Shown here piece by piece: positions 1-11,193 of a DNA stretch of 64,000 nt. The notes under the pieces are model-generated. The model saw only the letters and a list, made by a program, of their open reading frames with translations, was not told where the DNA came from and ran no database searches. Within the stretch, counting starts at the first letter, position 1, and every line of letters begins with the position of its first letter. This DNA comes from Octopus bimaculoides (taxonomy: Eukaryota). The stretch covers positions 27,915,343 to 27,979,342 of the forward strand of contig NC_068995.1 in NCBI RefSeq assembly GCF_001194135.2, read 5' to 3'. A program made the position numbers and the translations under genes.

Positions 1-572
1 CCTGCTCTTTCTTCTCACTAAGTAACCAAGTATCTACATCAGCACACCTGTTTCTGTCCTCTTTTTGTACTTCTCTCCCTCCCTCTCTCCCCCTCTTTCA
101 CTCCTCTCTTTCCTTCTCTTTCTCACTGGGTAACCATGTACCTCCTCTATAGCAAGACACTTGTTTCTGCCTCTCTATTCTCTGTCATACTCTAACCTTC
201 ACCATCTGACACCAAATCACCTCCTCTAATGTTTGCTCTGTAATAGGAAGACACCTTTTTATGCCTCTGTGTCTCTTGGTTACACTCTAACCTTTCGTCC
301 TCTGACACAAGTTCCTTCATCAAACGCTCCTGCTCCTCTCATAATTCCTTGTCTTGCAAGTTACTTAGTGACCCTACTAGCGCTAGTACCATGTAAAAAG
401 CATCCAGTCCACACTGTAAAGTGGTTGGCATTTGGAAAGGCATCCATCTATAAAAATCATGCCAAAACTAACCTCGCCTGTGCTAGTACCACACAAAAGA
501 CCCTGAGTCCATTCTGCAGAGTGGTTGCTGTTAGGAAGGGCATCCAGCTGTAAAAAAACCCTGCCAAAACAG
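1..572 (+). mobile_element. RTE LINE long 3' UTR/tail remnant
   Basis: Pyrimidine-rich segment plus gtggttgctgttaggaagggcatccagctgta. Homologous to 57800-58330, which follows an RTE RT. Confidence 0.7.
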
Positions 573-1169
573 ACACAGAATAGTGACTAGTGATGAGAAA
601 TGGGTTCTCTATAAAAGTGTCAAGTGCCGAAGACAGTGGGTAGGGAAAGGAGAAACACTGGCACCCCAGGCTAAAGAAGGTCTTCACTCACTTAAGGTGT
701 TGTTATCTGTTTGGTGGGATATGAAAGGTTTAGTCCACTTTGAACTTTTAAACCCAAAGCAAACAATAACAAAGGAGATCTCCTGTGAGCAGCTTCAACA
801 GGCGCTAGAAGGAAAATGACCACCTTTGGTTTCAAGACAAAAGGTGTTCTTCCATCAGCCAAATACAGTGAGGATGACATTCCAAAGGCCAGAGCAATTT
901 GAATGGGAAATGATGCCCCACTCACCATATTTGCTGGACATTAACCCCATCTGATTATCATTTATTCCGCAGTCTTCAAAAAATATAAATTCTGTAGATG
1001 AGGTCAGAACAGTAGTAGAGGAGTACTTTTCGTCATGGACAAGTAAATTTTTGAAGAGTCTACTAGATAGATGGAAGAGCATTGTAGAAAATGAAGGAGT
1101 GTATATTTTAGATTAAAAAAGAACTTTGTTTATCTTAATTTTGAAAAGAAAAGAACTATTTTGACCCAA
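573..1169 (+). mobile_element. mariner transposase 3' half, degenerate
   Basis: TSDEKWVLY...LLSVWWDMKGLVHFELL, followed by a decayed PYSPD-like region. Ends in TIR-like gacccaa+TA. Sister of the 35236-36262 copy. Confidence 0.9.
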
Positions 1170-1387
1170 TACATAGTGTTGTCTCTGATTATATAGACCA
1201 TTTATGCATATTGGTTATATCTAGAGTCCATAATTGCTTGTATATGCAGTCCATAGATGTGTAGAGTAGATGGGCTTTTTTTTTTAATGAACTAATCAAA
1301 CAACCAATATCCTGTAGAAAGCATCAATGCCAGGGTTAGGATATCCAGTGTAGTTACACATAAGTTTGTTGTGTTTCATCTCTTTAA

Positions 1388-3074
1388 CCCTTTAGCATTC
1401 AGATTAATCTGTCAAATGTTCACATTTTGAGAGATGTCCACAATATTTGCTTGTAATTTTGTTAATTTTTTACATACAGTTTTCAACTTTTTGTTGGTGT
1501 GTGCTTATATACCAGTTTATAGTTATGTAACTTTAGCTGATCTTTCTGATTAAATTTGATTTTTATGGGCAGGTAAATTTAATTAACAGGTGTAGAAGCA
1601 ATGACATTATGGATAAACATTAAAATTGAAATTCTTAATGCATCTTACCTGCTTGATTTGTTACTAAAATTATCCCAAATGTCAACCACCTGTAATTTTG
1701 CTACTTTTCAAGATGAGGTACATTAATTTGAATTAATTAAAATACAGGTATAATCAGTACAAGATTTTATTTCATTCAAACATTTTCCTTGAAAATAAAC
1801 TTCTAAACTATTTTACTAGTCAGTATACCATTGGCTATGTACTCTTATACAATTTAATGAATACATGTACATAACACAATGCATCTAATAAAAAAAGCTC
1901 ATTAATAGGTGAAACAAAGGTGAATACAGGTGTGTAACATACTGAAAATTAATATGTATTTCTCACTTTCACATATTATTTGTAATAAAATGAAAGGAAT
2001 ATATGATAGTATTACAATCAAACAACAAAATATAGTTATGCCGTCTTTCTATTGCGAAACTGTCCAAAGCACCCTCTACACAAGGTCACTTCGCAAAACG
2101 AACACATATATGAGGTCCCAACCTGATATCCTTTCACGGATTTTCTTTTTTGCAGCAAACAGTCTGCAAACTTTTTTCTTCCATTTATTTTTTCCAGTTT
2201 ATGGAAATCAATATTTTCTGTTTACATCCACCTCCATTGATTTTGCTTTTCTCCCAGTTCTATATGAGAAAAGCCCTTATGTAACTGAGATACAATGTCA
2301 ACTCGAATTTTCAAATTATCATAATCCTTTGGTAGCGGAGGTACCCTGTGCCTTATTACATAAACATGAATTAACTATAGTTAGACATAATGCTGGAGAT
2401 ATATGGATCACCATACCTTATATCAGGACTGCAGTAGTGTCACAGTCAAGTAAGCTGCTTGATACCAAACATGATGTTTATAGCAAAGAAAGCTCGCATT
2501 TCCACAATATCAGTTCACTGCCATAGTAGATCAGGTCTTCTATGAATAGAAATTATGCGTTGAACATATTTATTTGTTTCCTCCACAACAGTTTGAAAAA
2601 AACTTTTCAGTAAATATAAAAATAAATAGCCCAGTGGTTGAGCATCAGGAGGTTGATTGTGTTGTGGACTTGACTTTTCTGTGAAATTAGGAATTGTGGT
2701 TGGTGTAGTAATCTTCAACCATTTTGCTATAATGTTTTCAATATCATTTTCATCACTTTCTTTATCAAAATCTTCCTTATCTGATGAAGATTCATAAATA
2801 TCAATATCAGATTCATCTAAAGACAAATCACTGTTGTTTTTGTTTATATTTTGTACATCATCAAGAGTAAAGTCATAACTGCTACCAAGAAGTTTCAAAA
2901 ATTTCAAGGTATTTTTACTTGAATAAAGGCAGGAAAGGCTTTATCTTGCATTATCTCAAAGCTACAAGAATTCAATAACATGATTTGTTTATTTTTTTAG
3001 CGATTTCATAGACGAATCAGATATGGCTGGATAATAAAAGGGAATTGGTTTTGGCTGGTCTGAACACTAAAGAG
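1388..3074 (-). mobile_element. Internally deleted piggyBac-like transposon
   Basis: TTAA at 1384-1387 and 3075-3078 flanks TIRs ccctttagcattcaga / tctgaacactaaagag. The minus strand encodes an acidic N-terminus, QPLGYLFLYLLKSFFQTVVEETNKY, EMRAFFAINIMFGIKQL and a C-terminal Cys-rich tail (YMCSFCEVTLCRGCF). The catalytic core is missing. Confidence 0.85.
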
Positions 3075-3398
3075 TTAAACAGTATACAAGGTCCAAAGGG
3101 TATCTCAGTGTGGTTGGTAACTTGTATAAATATGTGTGCCTATTCTTATACACTTATATAGATGTGGAAATATCCCTGTACAGAAATTTGTTTAAGTGTG
3201 TGTGTGTCTGTATTAACCCACGAAGATGCATCTATAGGCCTATTTAAACATGCCTTTATTTACATATAGATGTATACACTGGACTATGTATATCCCTTTT
3301 AGAGACTGGTAGCTGGCAATCTAACAAGTACTAATTGATGCATACAAAAGTAGCATGGTGGGACAGTACAGGAATTAAAAAATATAAAACCTTAGAAA

Positions 3399-4115
3399 AG
3401 CATTTGTTTCTCTTGCACACCACATCTGATGCCTTTCTATCAAAATGCTTATATTCTATCATACATGCACACTGACACTGAACATCTAGTGAAGCAAGCT
3501 AGCTTCATTTCTTTCAAGTCTATGCATGTCCTCAACAGTCACAGCCCATGTTTCTTATTTTTGCAGCTATGCTCTCAGAGCATCCACCTCCACTACCAAC
3601 TTGGTCACCTAGATAATGGAAGCTATCAACTACTTCTAGCTTACCCCACTGGCATTTGATGGGGTCTATTTTCTATACGTTTTTAGTGTTTACTGTACCT
3701 GTGCATCTTCCACACAACTATTTACCAAGTTAACCTTCCTCTGATATTGCTGCACCTCTTATGTATCCATAGCTTGCACTGGGTATATCTTATGGAATTT
3801 CTATTTATGCCTTTCCTACAGATCAAGCAGGGCCATCTACCTGAAGGCATTAGTGATTTGTCTGCTTTCCTACTTACTAAGTCTTTGGTTTTTGCTAGAT
3901 TAACTCTAAAACCTTTCGATTCTAGACTTTGCTTCCACACCTGAAACTTCTCTAGTTCTAGTAGTGATTCAGCTATAAGAACAAGGTCATCAGCATAGAG
4001 GATCTCTCAGAGGCAACTTGTCTTAAATTCCTGTTATAGCCTGGAGGATTATGATGAACAGGAGGGAGCTGAGGACTGATCCTTGGTAAACTCCTATTTG
4101 AAACTGGCACCCATG
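3399..4115 (-). mobile_element. RTE LINE reverse transcriptase fragment
   Basis: ILYADDLVLIA, WKQSLESKGFRVNLAKTK, WPCLICRKG...YTQCKLWIHKRCS, ETWAVTVEDM. Confidence 0.9.
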
Positions 4116-4545
4116 CTGGTGGCACATAATAAGCCCCTTTCAAGCATTGGGCTTCACAGGCAATGTGGCTGATGCCAGTGTCTCGTAACTAACACCCATG
4201 TTGATGGTACATGAGAAGCACCTTTCAAGTGTTGGGCCTTACAGAGGCAATGACAAATGACCAAGACCTTTGGCAATATTCTGTGCTTGAGAAGACCCTT
4301 CAAGCTAAGCGAAACTGTAGTTGTGGAAGATACTGGTGTCATGCAAATGGCACCCGTGTCAGTGGCACATAATACCACCCATTACACTCAGAGTAGTTGG
4401 CGTTAGGAAGGGCATCCAGCTGCAGAAACTATGCGAAGTCAGACGGGAATCTGTACAGCCCCTCAGAGTGTCAGCCCTGCTCAAACCATCCAATTGATGC
4501 CAGCATGGACAGCGGATGTTAGCCTGACATATGGCAAGGTAGACT
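4116..4545 (+). mobile_element. RTE-derived 3' tail element with internal sub-repeats
   Basis: Repeats of the RTE ORF-end motif, then gagtagttggcgttaggaagggcatccagctg. Confidence 0.75.
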
Positions 4546-5198
4546 TTAAAAACATGATTATATATATATATATATATATTATATTATATATATATATATT
4601 ATATTATATATATATNNNNNNNNNNNNNNNNNNNNNNNNNNNNNNNNNNNNNNNNNNNNNNNNNNNNNNNNNNNNNNNNNNNNNNNNNNNNNNNNNNNNN
4701 NNNNNNNNNNNNNNNNNNNNNNNNNNNNNNNNNNNNNNNNNNNNNNNNNNNNNNNNNNNNNNNNNNNNNNNNNNNNNNNNNNNNNNNNNNNNNNNNNNNN
4801 NNNNNNNNNNNNNNNNNNNNNNNNNNNNNNNNNNNNNNNNNNNNNNNNNNNNNNNNNNNNNNNNNNNNNNNNNNNNNNNNNNNNNNNNNNNNNNNNNNNN
4901 NNNNNNNNNNNNNNNNNNNNNNNNNNNNNNNNNNNNNNNNNNNNNNNNNNNNNNNNNNNNNNNNNNNNNNNNNNNNNNNNNNNNNNNNNNNNNNNNNNNN
5001 NNNNNNNNNNNNNNNNNNNNNNNNNNNNNNNNNNNNNNNNNNNNNNNNNNNNNNNNNNNNNNNNNNNNNNNNNNNNNNNNNNNNNNNNNNNNNNNNNNNN
5101 NNNNNNNNNNNNNNNNNNNNNNNNNNNNNNNNNNNNNNNNNNNNNNNNNNNNNNNNNNNNNNNNNNNNNNNNNNNNNNNNNNNNNNNNNNNTATCATG

Positions 5199-5314
5199 CG
5201 AGAGAGTTAGGGGTTGAGGATTCAACCCACTAAGGGATAGTATCTATCCAATATACCGCTGGGAGGGTACCCAATTATTGCTACACTAGTGTTATACCAA
5301 GTGCAATAAATGGG
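5199..5314 (+). repeat. Dispersed repeat abutting a (TA)n-associated gap; second copy at 59149-59262
   Basis: agagagttaggggttgagga...ccaagtgcaataa(a/g)tggg is shared, with high identity, by both loci. Confidence 0.85.
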
Positions 5315-5349
5315 AGCGGGTAAAAAGGGGGGTTTTTACCCCAAATTTG

Positions 5350-6045
5350 TATATCAATTAGAAAATGGAGGATAATATGCTGAACCCAACTACTTGCAGA
5401 CAGTGTATCCCGTTGAATTCATATCTGAGTATGGTTATGCACATGGACTCACATATATATGTATTGGAGTGTCTATAGCTATTTGTACTGTTTGTAGGCT
5501 CTTTATGTGCCTTATATTTTTATGCTTTTTATATATTTTTATATTTTCATTTTTCATTTATGTATTTTTATTATTATTTTTTTCTTGCTGTACCATAATT
5601 TTTATTTCTATTTTTATTTTTTATTTTATTTTTGCTTTTGTTTTTGTTCTTATTTCTATTTCACCTTTGTTTTTACCTCTTACTCTATATTTGTATGAAA
5701 TTCTTTGTTAATCTCTGAAGAGGCCTAGCGAGTCGTGCATGTACCCCCATTTCAACATTTCATCCGATAATCACTCCAGCAAGAACTATTCAGATAGAAT
5801 GGGGCATGCCAAAGCTAGGCCGAAACAGCTGTAAGATTAAACTTGTGTTCATTCTCTAATTCCTTATGTACTTTGTACTTTTATCTGTAAACCCGGTTGG
5901 CAAAATAACATGGTTTGTCAAAAACACCTGTACTTGGTGGTTTTTTTGTCACTTTAGCTATAAATTAAATTAATGAATTCAACGGGATACACTGTCTGCA
6001 AGTAGTTGGGTTCAGCATATTATCCTCCATTTTCTAATTGATATA
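5350..6045. repeat. Perfect 73-bp inverted repeat (arms 5350-5422 and 5973-6045) enclosing the hammerhead; probable Penelope-like terminal repeat or non-autonomous element
   Basis: The arms are exact reverse complements by direct comparison. Minimal hammerheads and inverted terminal segments are established features of Penelope-like elements. Confidence 0.75.
5708..5840 (+). ncRNA. Minimal type I hammerhead ribozyme
   Basis: Stem I ttaatct (5708-5714)/agattaa (5834-5840). Core CUGAaGA 5715-5721. Stem II ggcctagc (5722-5729)/gctaggcc (5814-5821). GAAA 5822-5825. Short palindromic stem III cagctg 5826-5831. GUA cleavage triplet, cut after 5833. Confidence 0.88.
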
Positions 6046-6214
6046 TATNNNNNNNNNNNNNNNNNNNNNNNNNNNNNNNNNNNNNNNNNNNNNNNNNNNN
6101 NNNNNNNNNNNNNNNNNNNNNNNNNNNNNNNNNNNNNNNNNNNNNNNNNNNNNNNNNNNNNNNNNNNNNNNNNNNNNNNNNNNNNNNNNNNNNNNNNNNN
6201 NNNNNNNNNNNNNN

Positions 6215-6260
<46 letters not shown>

Positions 6261-6269
6261 TGCACACAT

Positions 6270-6410
6270 ATGATGGACTTCTTTATTGTTTCTGTGTATG
6301 AAATTTTGTTGATGTAGAGAAAGCCTTTGACAGGGTTCCCCACTCCTCTATCTGGTGGTCAATGCAGAAACTAGGGATAGATGAGTAGTTGGTGAGAGCT
6401 GTACATTGAT
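6270..6410 (+). mobile_element. RTE RT fragment
   Basis: DVEKAFDRVPHSSIWWSMQKLGIDE. Confidence 0.8.
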
Positions 6411-6732
6411 CAACTTGGGCCACTAGTAATCTTATTTTCTCAGTTTAAGTCATGTAGTAAAGTTTTAAAAAAAAATTTCAATATATTCTTTGTGAAACAT
6501 ATCACTTTTAACAAAACTATCTATGCAGTCTTTTATAATAGTTCGATTTTAGATAAATATTTGTAGTGTTGATCTCTTCAGTTTTATTCTGTACGTGTCC
6601 TGTCAATTTTGTCTTTTTTATAAAATGTTTGGATATACAAGAGTGTAAAGATTCCAAGTAGCATGAATTGCAAAGTTATTGTTTGGTTATATACTACTAT
6701 AAAATTATTTTTGCCCTTGTTTGATCACACAG

Positions 6733-6964
6733 GTAGCAGATAATGATGCACTGCAAGAACTTACTGCACCTGTTGCTGGAGTTATCCTAGTGGTGATGGC
6801 CAATTTAAGGAGATGTTTTTCAGCTTCAGAATTCCTTACTAGTCATGAAGAGCTACAACAAAATCATTCTCTAACACCTTCATCAAAGATTGGAACTCGT
6901 ACTCTGTTTGCAACTTCACTACATATTGTTTTGAAAGGCCTACTAGATTACATACAGAAGTCTT
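6733..6964 (+). CDS. NUP205: NUP205 internal exon (first visible), phase 0 to 1
   Basis: cacag|GTA...TCTT|gtaagt. Encodes VADNDALQELTAPVAGVILVVMANL...SLHIVLKGLLDYIQKS, resembling human NUP205 ILDDEAAQELMPVVAGAVFTLTAHL...SLYIILKKLLDFILKT as recalled. Confidence 0.9.
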
Positions 6965-7204
6965 GTAAGTTGACAGAGTTTCTTGTCATTTCATTCTTTT
7001 ACTTGTTTCAGTTATTTGACAGTGGCCATGCTGGAGCACTGCCTTAAATGGTTTTAGTTGCAGAAATTGACTCCAGGACTTATTCTTTGTAAGCCTAGTT
7101 CTTATTCTATCAGTCTCTTTTGTCAAACCATTAAATTGCAGTAAACACACCAACATCAGTTGTCAAGTGATGGTGGTGGGGACTAACACAGGCACAATGA
7201 CATA

Positions 7205-7377
7205 AATATATACAACAGGCTTCTTTCAGTTTCCATCTACCAAATCCACTCACAAGCCTTTGAGCAACTCAAGGCTATATTAGAAGACACTTGCCCAAGG
7301 TGCCACACAGTGGACTAAACCTGGAACTGTGTGGTTGGGAAGCAAGCTTCTTACCACACAGCCATGCCTGCACCTGT
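7205..7377 (-). mobile_element. tRNA-type SINE
   Basis: The minus strand reads ggtgcaggcatggctgtgtggtaagaagcttgcttcccaacc...ggcaccttgggcaagtgtcttct...tgtgagtggatttggtagatggaaactgaaagaagcc. Copies at 17134 and 63058. Confidence 0.8.
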
Positions 7378-7533
7378 TGTTAACTTATCCATTGCTTATA
7401 TATCTTATTATCATCTTGAGAGGTGCCAACAGAGTTGTTCAAATAGCTTTTTCAAATTAACAAAGTATTTTAGGGTAATATTCTATTTTGAGTTTTACTA
7501 ATTTCAATTAATTTTTTGCTTATTTTGATATAG

Positions 7534-7632
7534 GTGGGAGTCAGCAGAAAGTGCGAACATATTTATATGGTTCCCTTCTTTATTATCTTCAGATTGCACA
7601 AAAATCTACCCTACCTAGTTGGTTGTCTTCAG
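7534..7632 (+). CDS. NUP205: NUP205 exon, phase 1 to 1
   Basis: gatatag|GT...TCAG|gtttgt. Encodes (C)GSQQKVRTYLYGSLLYYLQIAQKS, matching the NUP205 motif QRVRTHLYGSLLYYLQIAQ. Not in the ORF track. Confidence 0.95.
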
Positions 7633-7848
7633 GTTTGTTGAATACTTTTTGTTACTGATATAGTTTAACATCATAGAGTCAACAGCTTAATTATCTGAAT
7701 GCATATGCATGATACAAATCAAAGTTCCCCCTCAGATATCATTTTCATTATAGAATGTCAAAATATCTTTGTATGTTTATGTTATTAGCTTTTTATAGAG
7801 GTAACTGCAGAAATAGATGTTGTAACTTGTTTATATGGCTCTTTACAG

Positions 7849-8006
7849 AAACAGAGGTTTTGGGTGTTACCCAAGTATTGGTTGCTTCAGGTGAAGGAGA
7901 ATTTGACAATTTATCCAAAGAGAATTTGTCAATTATTTTATCATATGGTGATTCCTTACTAGAAATAATCTGCAAAGATATATGTGATGGACATAATGTA
8001 GGAAGA
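7849..8006 (+). CDS. NUP205: NUP205 exon, phase 1 to 0
   Basis: ctttacag|AA...GGAAGA|gtaagt. Encodes ENLSIILSYGDSLLEIICKDICDGHNVGR (cf. ENIAIIESYGAALMEVVCRDACDGHEIGR). Confidence 0.95.
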
Positions 8007-8242
8007 GTAAGTAGACATTTTTTTGTTCATTTTTTTATAAGAGCTAAGATTATTTTTGATTTGAGAGATAAATCAACATTGCCTTTCTTATATCACAGAA
8101 ACAAATTGAAAGTATGTGTTGTTTTTAGTTTATGAATGAACTCATTGGACGACCTTATCAAATTTATATATCTTAATATCTCACACCTGCATATGCCTGT
8201 ACTTACAGCTATATCTGCACTGAAGGTGTAGTTTCTATATTA

Positions 8243-8770
8243 CAGGGTGGCCATAAAGTCACGCACCATCCTGCAATATGTGAAATTGCTAACATTGTCC
8301 TTTTTTTATAGCTTTTCACATCTGCTCATATTACTTACAAACCAATCCTCATTGGATGAGGGCAGATAATCAACAAGGTGAGAGCATGGTAATGGTGTGG
8401 TGTAAGATTTGGTACAATCAAGTAATTGGACCATTTTATTTTGAGGGCTCTGTGACAGGTGATTCATATCTGGACATGCTTGGCAACTAGGTGATGCCTC
8501 ACATGCATTCACTTGGAAGGCGAAATCCTGTCTGGTTTCAGCAGGATAGGGCTCCACCCCATTATGCATTACAGGTTTGTGGTTTTCTGAATGAACATTT
8601 TCCAGGGAGATGGCTTGGGCATTGCAGGCCAATTGAATGGGTACCACATGAACTTTTTCTTCTGGTGCTACATTAATTCCTTTGTGCATTCTGAAAAGAT
8701 TCCTGACCAAGGACATCTTCAAAGAATTGTTGAAGTGTGTGAACAAGTCAATGACAATGATGAAGCACTT
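8243..8770 (+). mobile_element. IS630-Tc1-mariner transposon remnant
   Basis: TA+cagggtggccataaagtc TIR-like start. VWFQQDRAPPHYALQVCGFLNEHFPGRWLG...IEW, then FFFWCYINSFVH. Confidence 0.85.
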
Positions 8771-9714
8771 TTTTATATTTATAATTACACTTTGTTTCCT
8801 GTTCTCATAGCTCTTATCCATTGTACCAGTGCATGTACATTTATCAGTGGCAGTATCATCAGAGATATGCTAAACTAATTTTGTTCTAACCTAAACTAAA
8901 TGTCCTATCTTAACCTAAATCTTTTCTAAAACTAATGGTTTATTCCCAGTTCAAATCCAGTCCAATTCTATGTACATGTAAGATAAGCAATCACTAAAAT
9001 CTCTGCAGCTGGGAAAGTCATTGCTTAGACGGATCTGCATGGTGTAAAATATGTCATGATGCATCAAAACAATTTGAGTTGAAGAAACAATAAAAGAATT
9101 ATATCTTGCAATGAACAGACACATTTACCCAATCCCAAGCAAAATCAAAACCATCAGTGTACCCATTGTGACTTCTTAGTAAAATCCATGCTTGGACTCA
9201 AATTGCATTTACACATCCTTTTTTATTTATTTATTTTAAATCCTCTCCTTGAAATACACATACATTGAAATTAACAAGAGTGACCATTGCCTGAATGAAT
9301 GGAGCAACCTAATTCTTAATTGTAAACACAAGTTATGTAACACATTCTTAAGGTGCCCTCCTCAATTATTCCCTAACTATTCCTCCTGCATTCTCATCCT
9401 AACTTGATGTTCTATATATTTATAACACAACTTTTTTAGCTACCTTTATATTTTCTTAACCCCGTGATATCCTTACATCTTCTTCCCTGCGCATGAGAAT
9501 ACGCAGGCATGTACATGTGCATACACACCTATATTATACTACAGGTGTATAGAGAACATAAGTGCATGTGTGTGGATATGCAAATATATGGTTTTACTGT
9601 TAAGTAGTATACCACCGATTTACCTCCAACTACAATGTGCCCCTAATGACTAGTAACTTTTTCTTCCTCCTCCTCCTCTCTTCTTCTATCTTAGTAAATC
9701 CACCTTACTCCCAC

Positions 9715-10069
9715 TCCTAAATATTAGGTTGTTTCACATGAAGTATCACATTTTTAATTACTTTCGAGACAGTACTTCTTGATACACCAAACATTTCAGC
9801 TGTTTGTGTTACACTAGCGCCTGTCATACGAGCACCAACAATTTGACCTCTTTGAAAGTCTGATAGATCTGTCATTTTAATGAATTTTAATTACCTTTTT
9901 CTGGTGATATCTGAAAAGAAACAGCAATTTTAGCAAAACGTATTAAGCAACACTAATAATAAATAAATAAAAAAAACATAAAAATAAACAAGCTTTTGAC
10001 AGTTTTATAGATAGTTAAAAATTATGATGCTATGATGCTAGGTGTTTCCATTATTTTGTCCAACTCCTG
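9715..10069 (-). mobile_element. Tc1-like transposon 5' end
   Basis: TIR-like caggagttggacaaaataatggaaacacc next to TA. Minus strand MTDLSDFQRGQIVGARMTGASVTQTAEMFGVSRSTVSKV (HTH). Confidence 0.85.
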
Positions 10070-10077
10070 TATATATA

Positions 10078-10243
10078 TATCATCATCATCATCATCATCA
10101 TCGTTTAAACGTCCGCTTTCCATGCTAGCATGGGTTGGACGATTTGACTGAGGATTGGTGCAACCGGATGGCTACACCAGGCTCCAATCCAATTTGGCAG
10201 AGTTTCTACAGCTGGATGCCCTTCCTAACGCCAACCACTCAGA

Positions 10244-10245
<2 letters not shown>
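10078..10245 (-). mobile_element. RTE 3' tail with (GAT)n end, young copy
   Basis: (cat)n followed by the reverse complement of gagtggttggcgttaggaagggcatccagctgtagaaactctgcc...gcggacgtttaaacga. Near-identical to 11194-11350. Confidence 0.85.
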
Positions 10246-10283
<38 letters not shown>

Positions 10284-10399
10284 GGTTATGGGTATGACAG
10301 TATGATTTTAAACTGCATCCAGTATTGAGGGCCTGGTTTGGGAGTTCCAGGGTTTTGAGGAGTGTGGAACCACTTTTCAACAACTGTTGTTCGCTGGTT

Positions 10400-10980
10400 C
10401 ATTGTGCTCCAGAGAAGACCTGGTGGAGTCAATTATTGGCCAATTAGCTAGTCAGTTGAAGAGATAGAGGTGTATTAGTCAGGTAATGGTGCATGTTGGG
10501 CTCTGGGAGAAGAAAACCTTGATTCCAAACCTCCACTACTTTGTGGCTATACCCAGCCATGAGAAAGGCTTTGGGTGTAAGCCCTGTGGAAAAGTCCCTG
10601 TCACAGTTTGACATTGTATACAACCTCATTCTGGTAACTTCAGTGATGACATTGATCCAAATTGTAATTACCTTGCTCTTCATCTGGATCCATCAGTGAC
10701 ATGGATAGATGGGACATACTGCATGGGCAACAACCGTTCCTCCAGACAGTACTGTTCAGATTTGGGTCCTATCAAACACCCTTTACTGGAGAGACTGATG
10801 AATGTAGCAAAAGAAAGGTGAATCCACAGAAAAGAGCACCACAGCTCAAACACACATCCTACATGTGTGGCAACAACTGCCATTCACACATTTGAATGTC
10901 TGTTCAGTTACAGACAATGCTTCCAGTGTGGTAGACAACTAAGACCTTCATCCATGGTCATTAATGACAATTGAAGGCCA
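10400..10980 (+). mobile_element. Old RTE (BovB-like) ORF 3' end remnant
   Basis: Heavily decayed PLLCG, MGHTA and terminal YMCGNNCHSHI (cf. CxxCGRxCxSRIGL). Frames are broken. Confidence 0.45.
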
Positions 10981-11193
10981 TAGATATATGTATATGTCCC
11001 AGTGAGATTTATATCTAGGATTTAAAGGAACACAAAAAATTACTGCAATACCTTTATTGTGATGCTCTACAGATTAACTGTTTAACATTTTGATTTTAGT
11101 GATTACCAAGTGTTTCCTAGAACCAGATGTTCTATAGGCTACTTTGACCTATCTTAAATGTAAAGACAGAAGCAAAAAGATATTTTGTACACC

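Noticed and set aside
1930-2526. 198-aa plus-strand ORF
   Set aside because: It is the antisense shadow of the piggyBac remnant, with no recognisable protein.
4431-5225. Long ORFs in the track here and at 6012-6343, 11363-12020, 21543-22085 and 34404-35306
   Set aside because: They are artefacts of N gaps and (TA)n runs (X and YIYI strings).
5394-5711. Hydrophobic 105-aa ORF resembling a membrane or mitochondrial protein
   Set aside because: It arises from a low-complexity T-rich tract (F/I/Y/L only), with no NUMT-like motif.
8306-8821. 171-aa minus-strand ORF
   Set aside because: It is antisense to the Tc1/mariner remnant.
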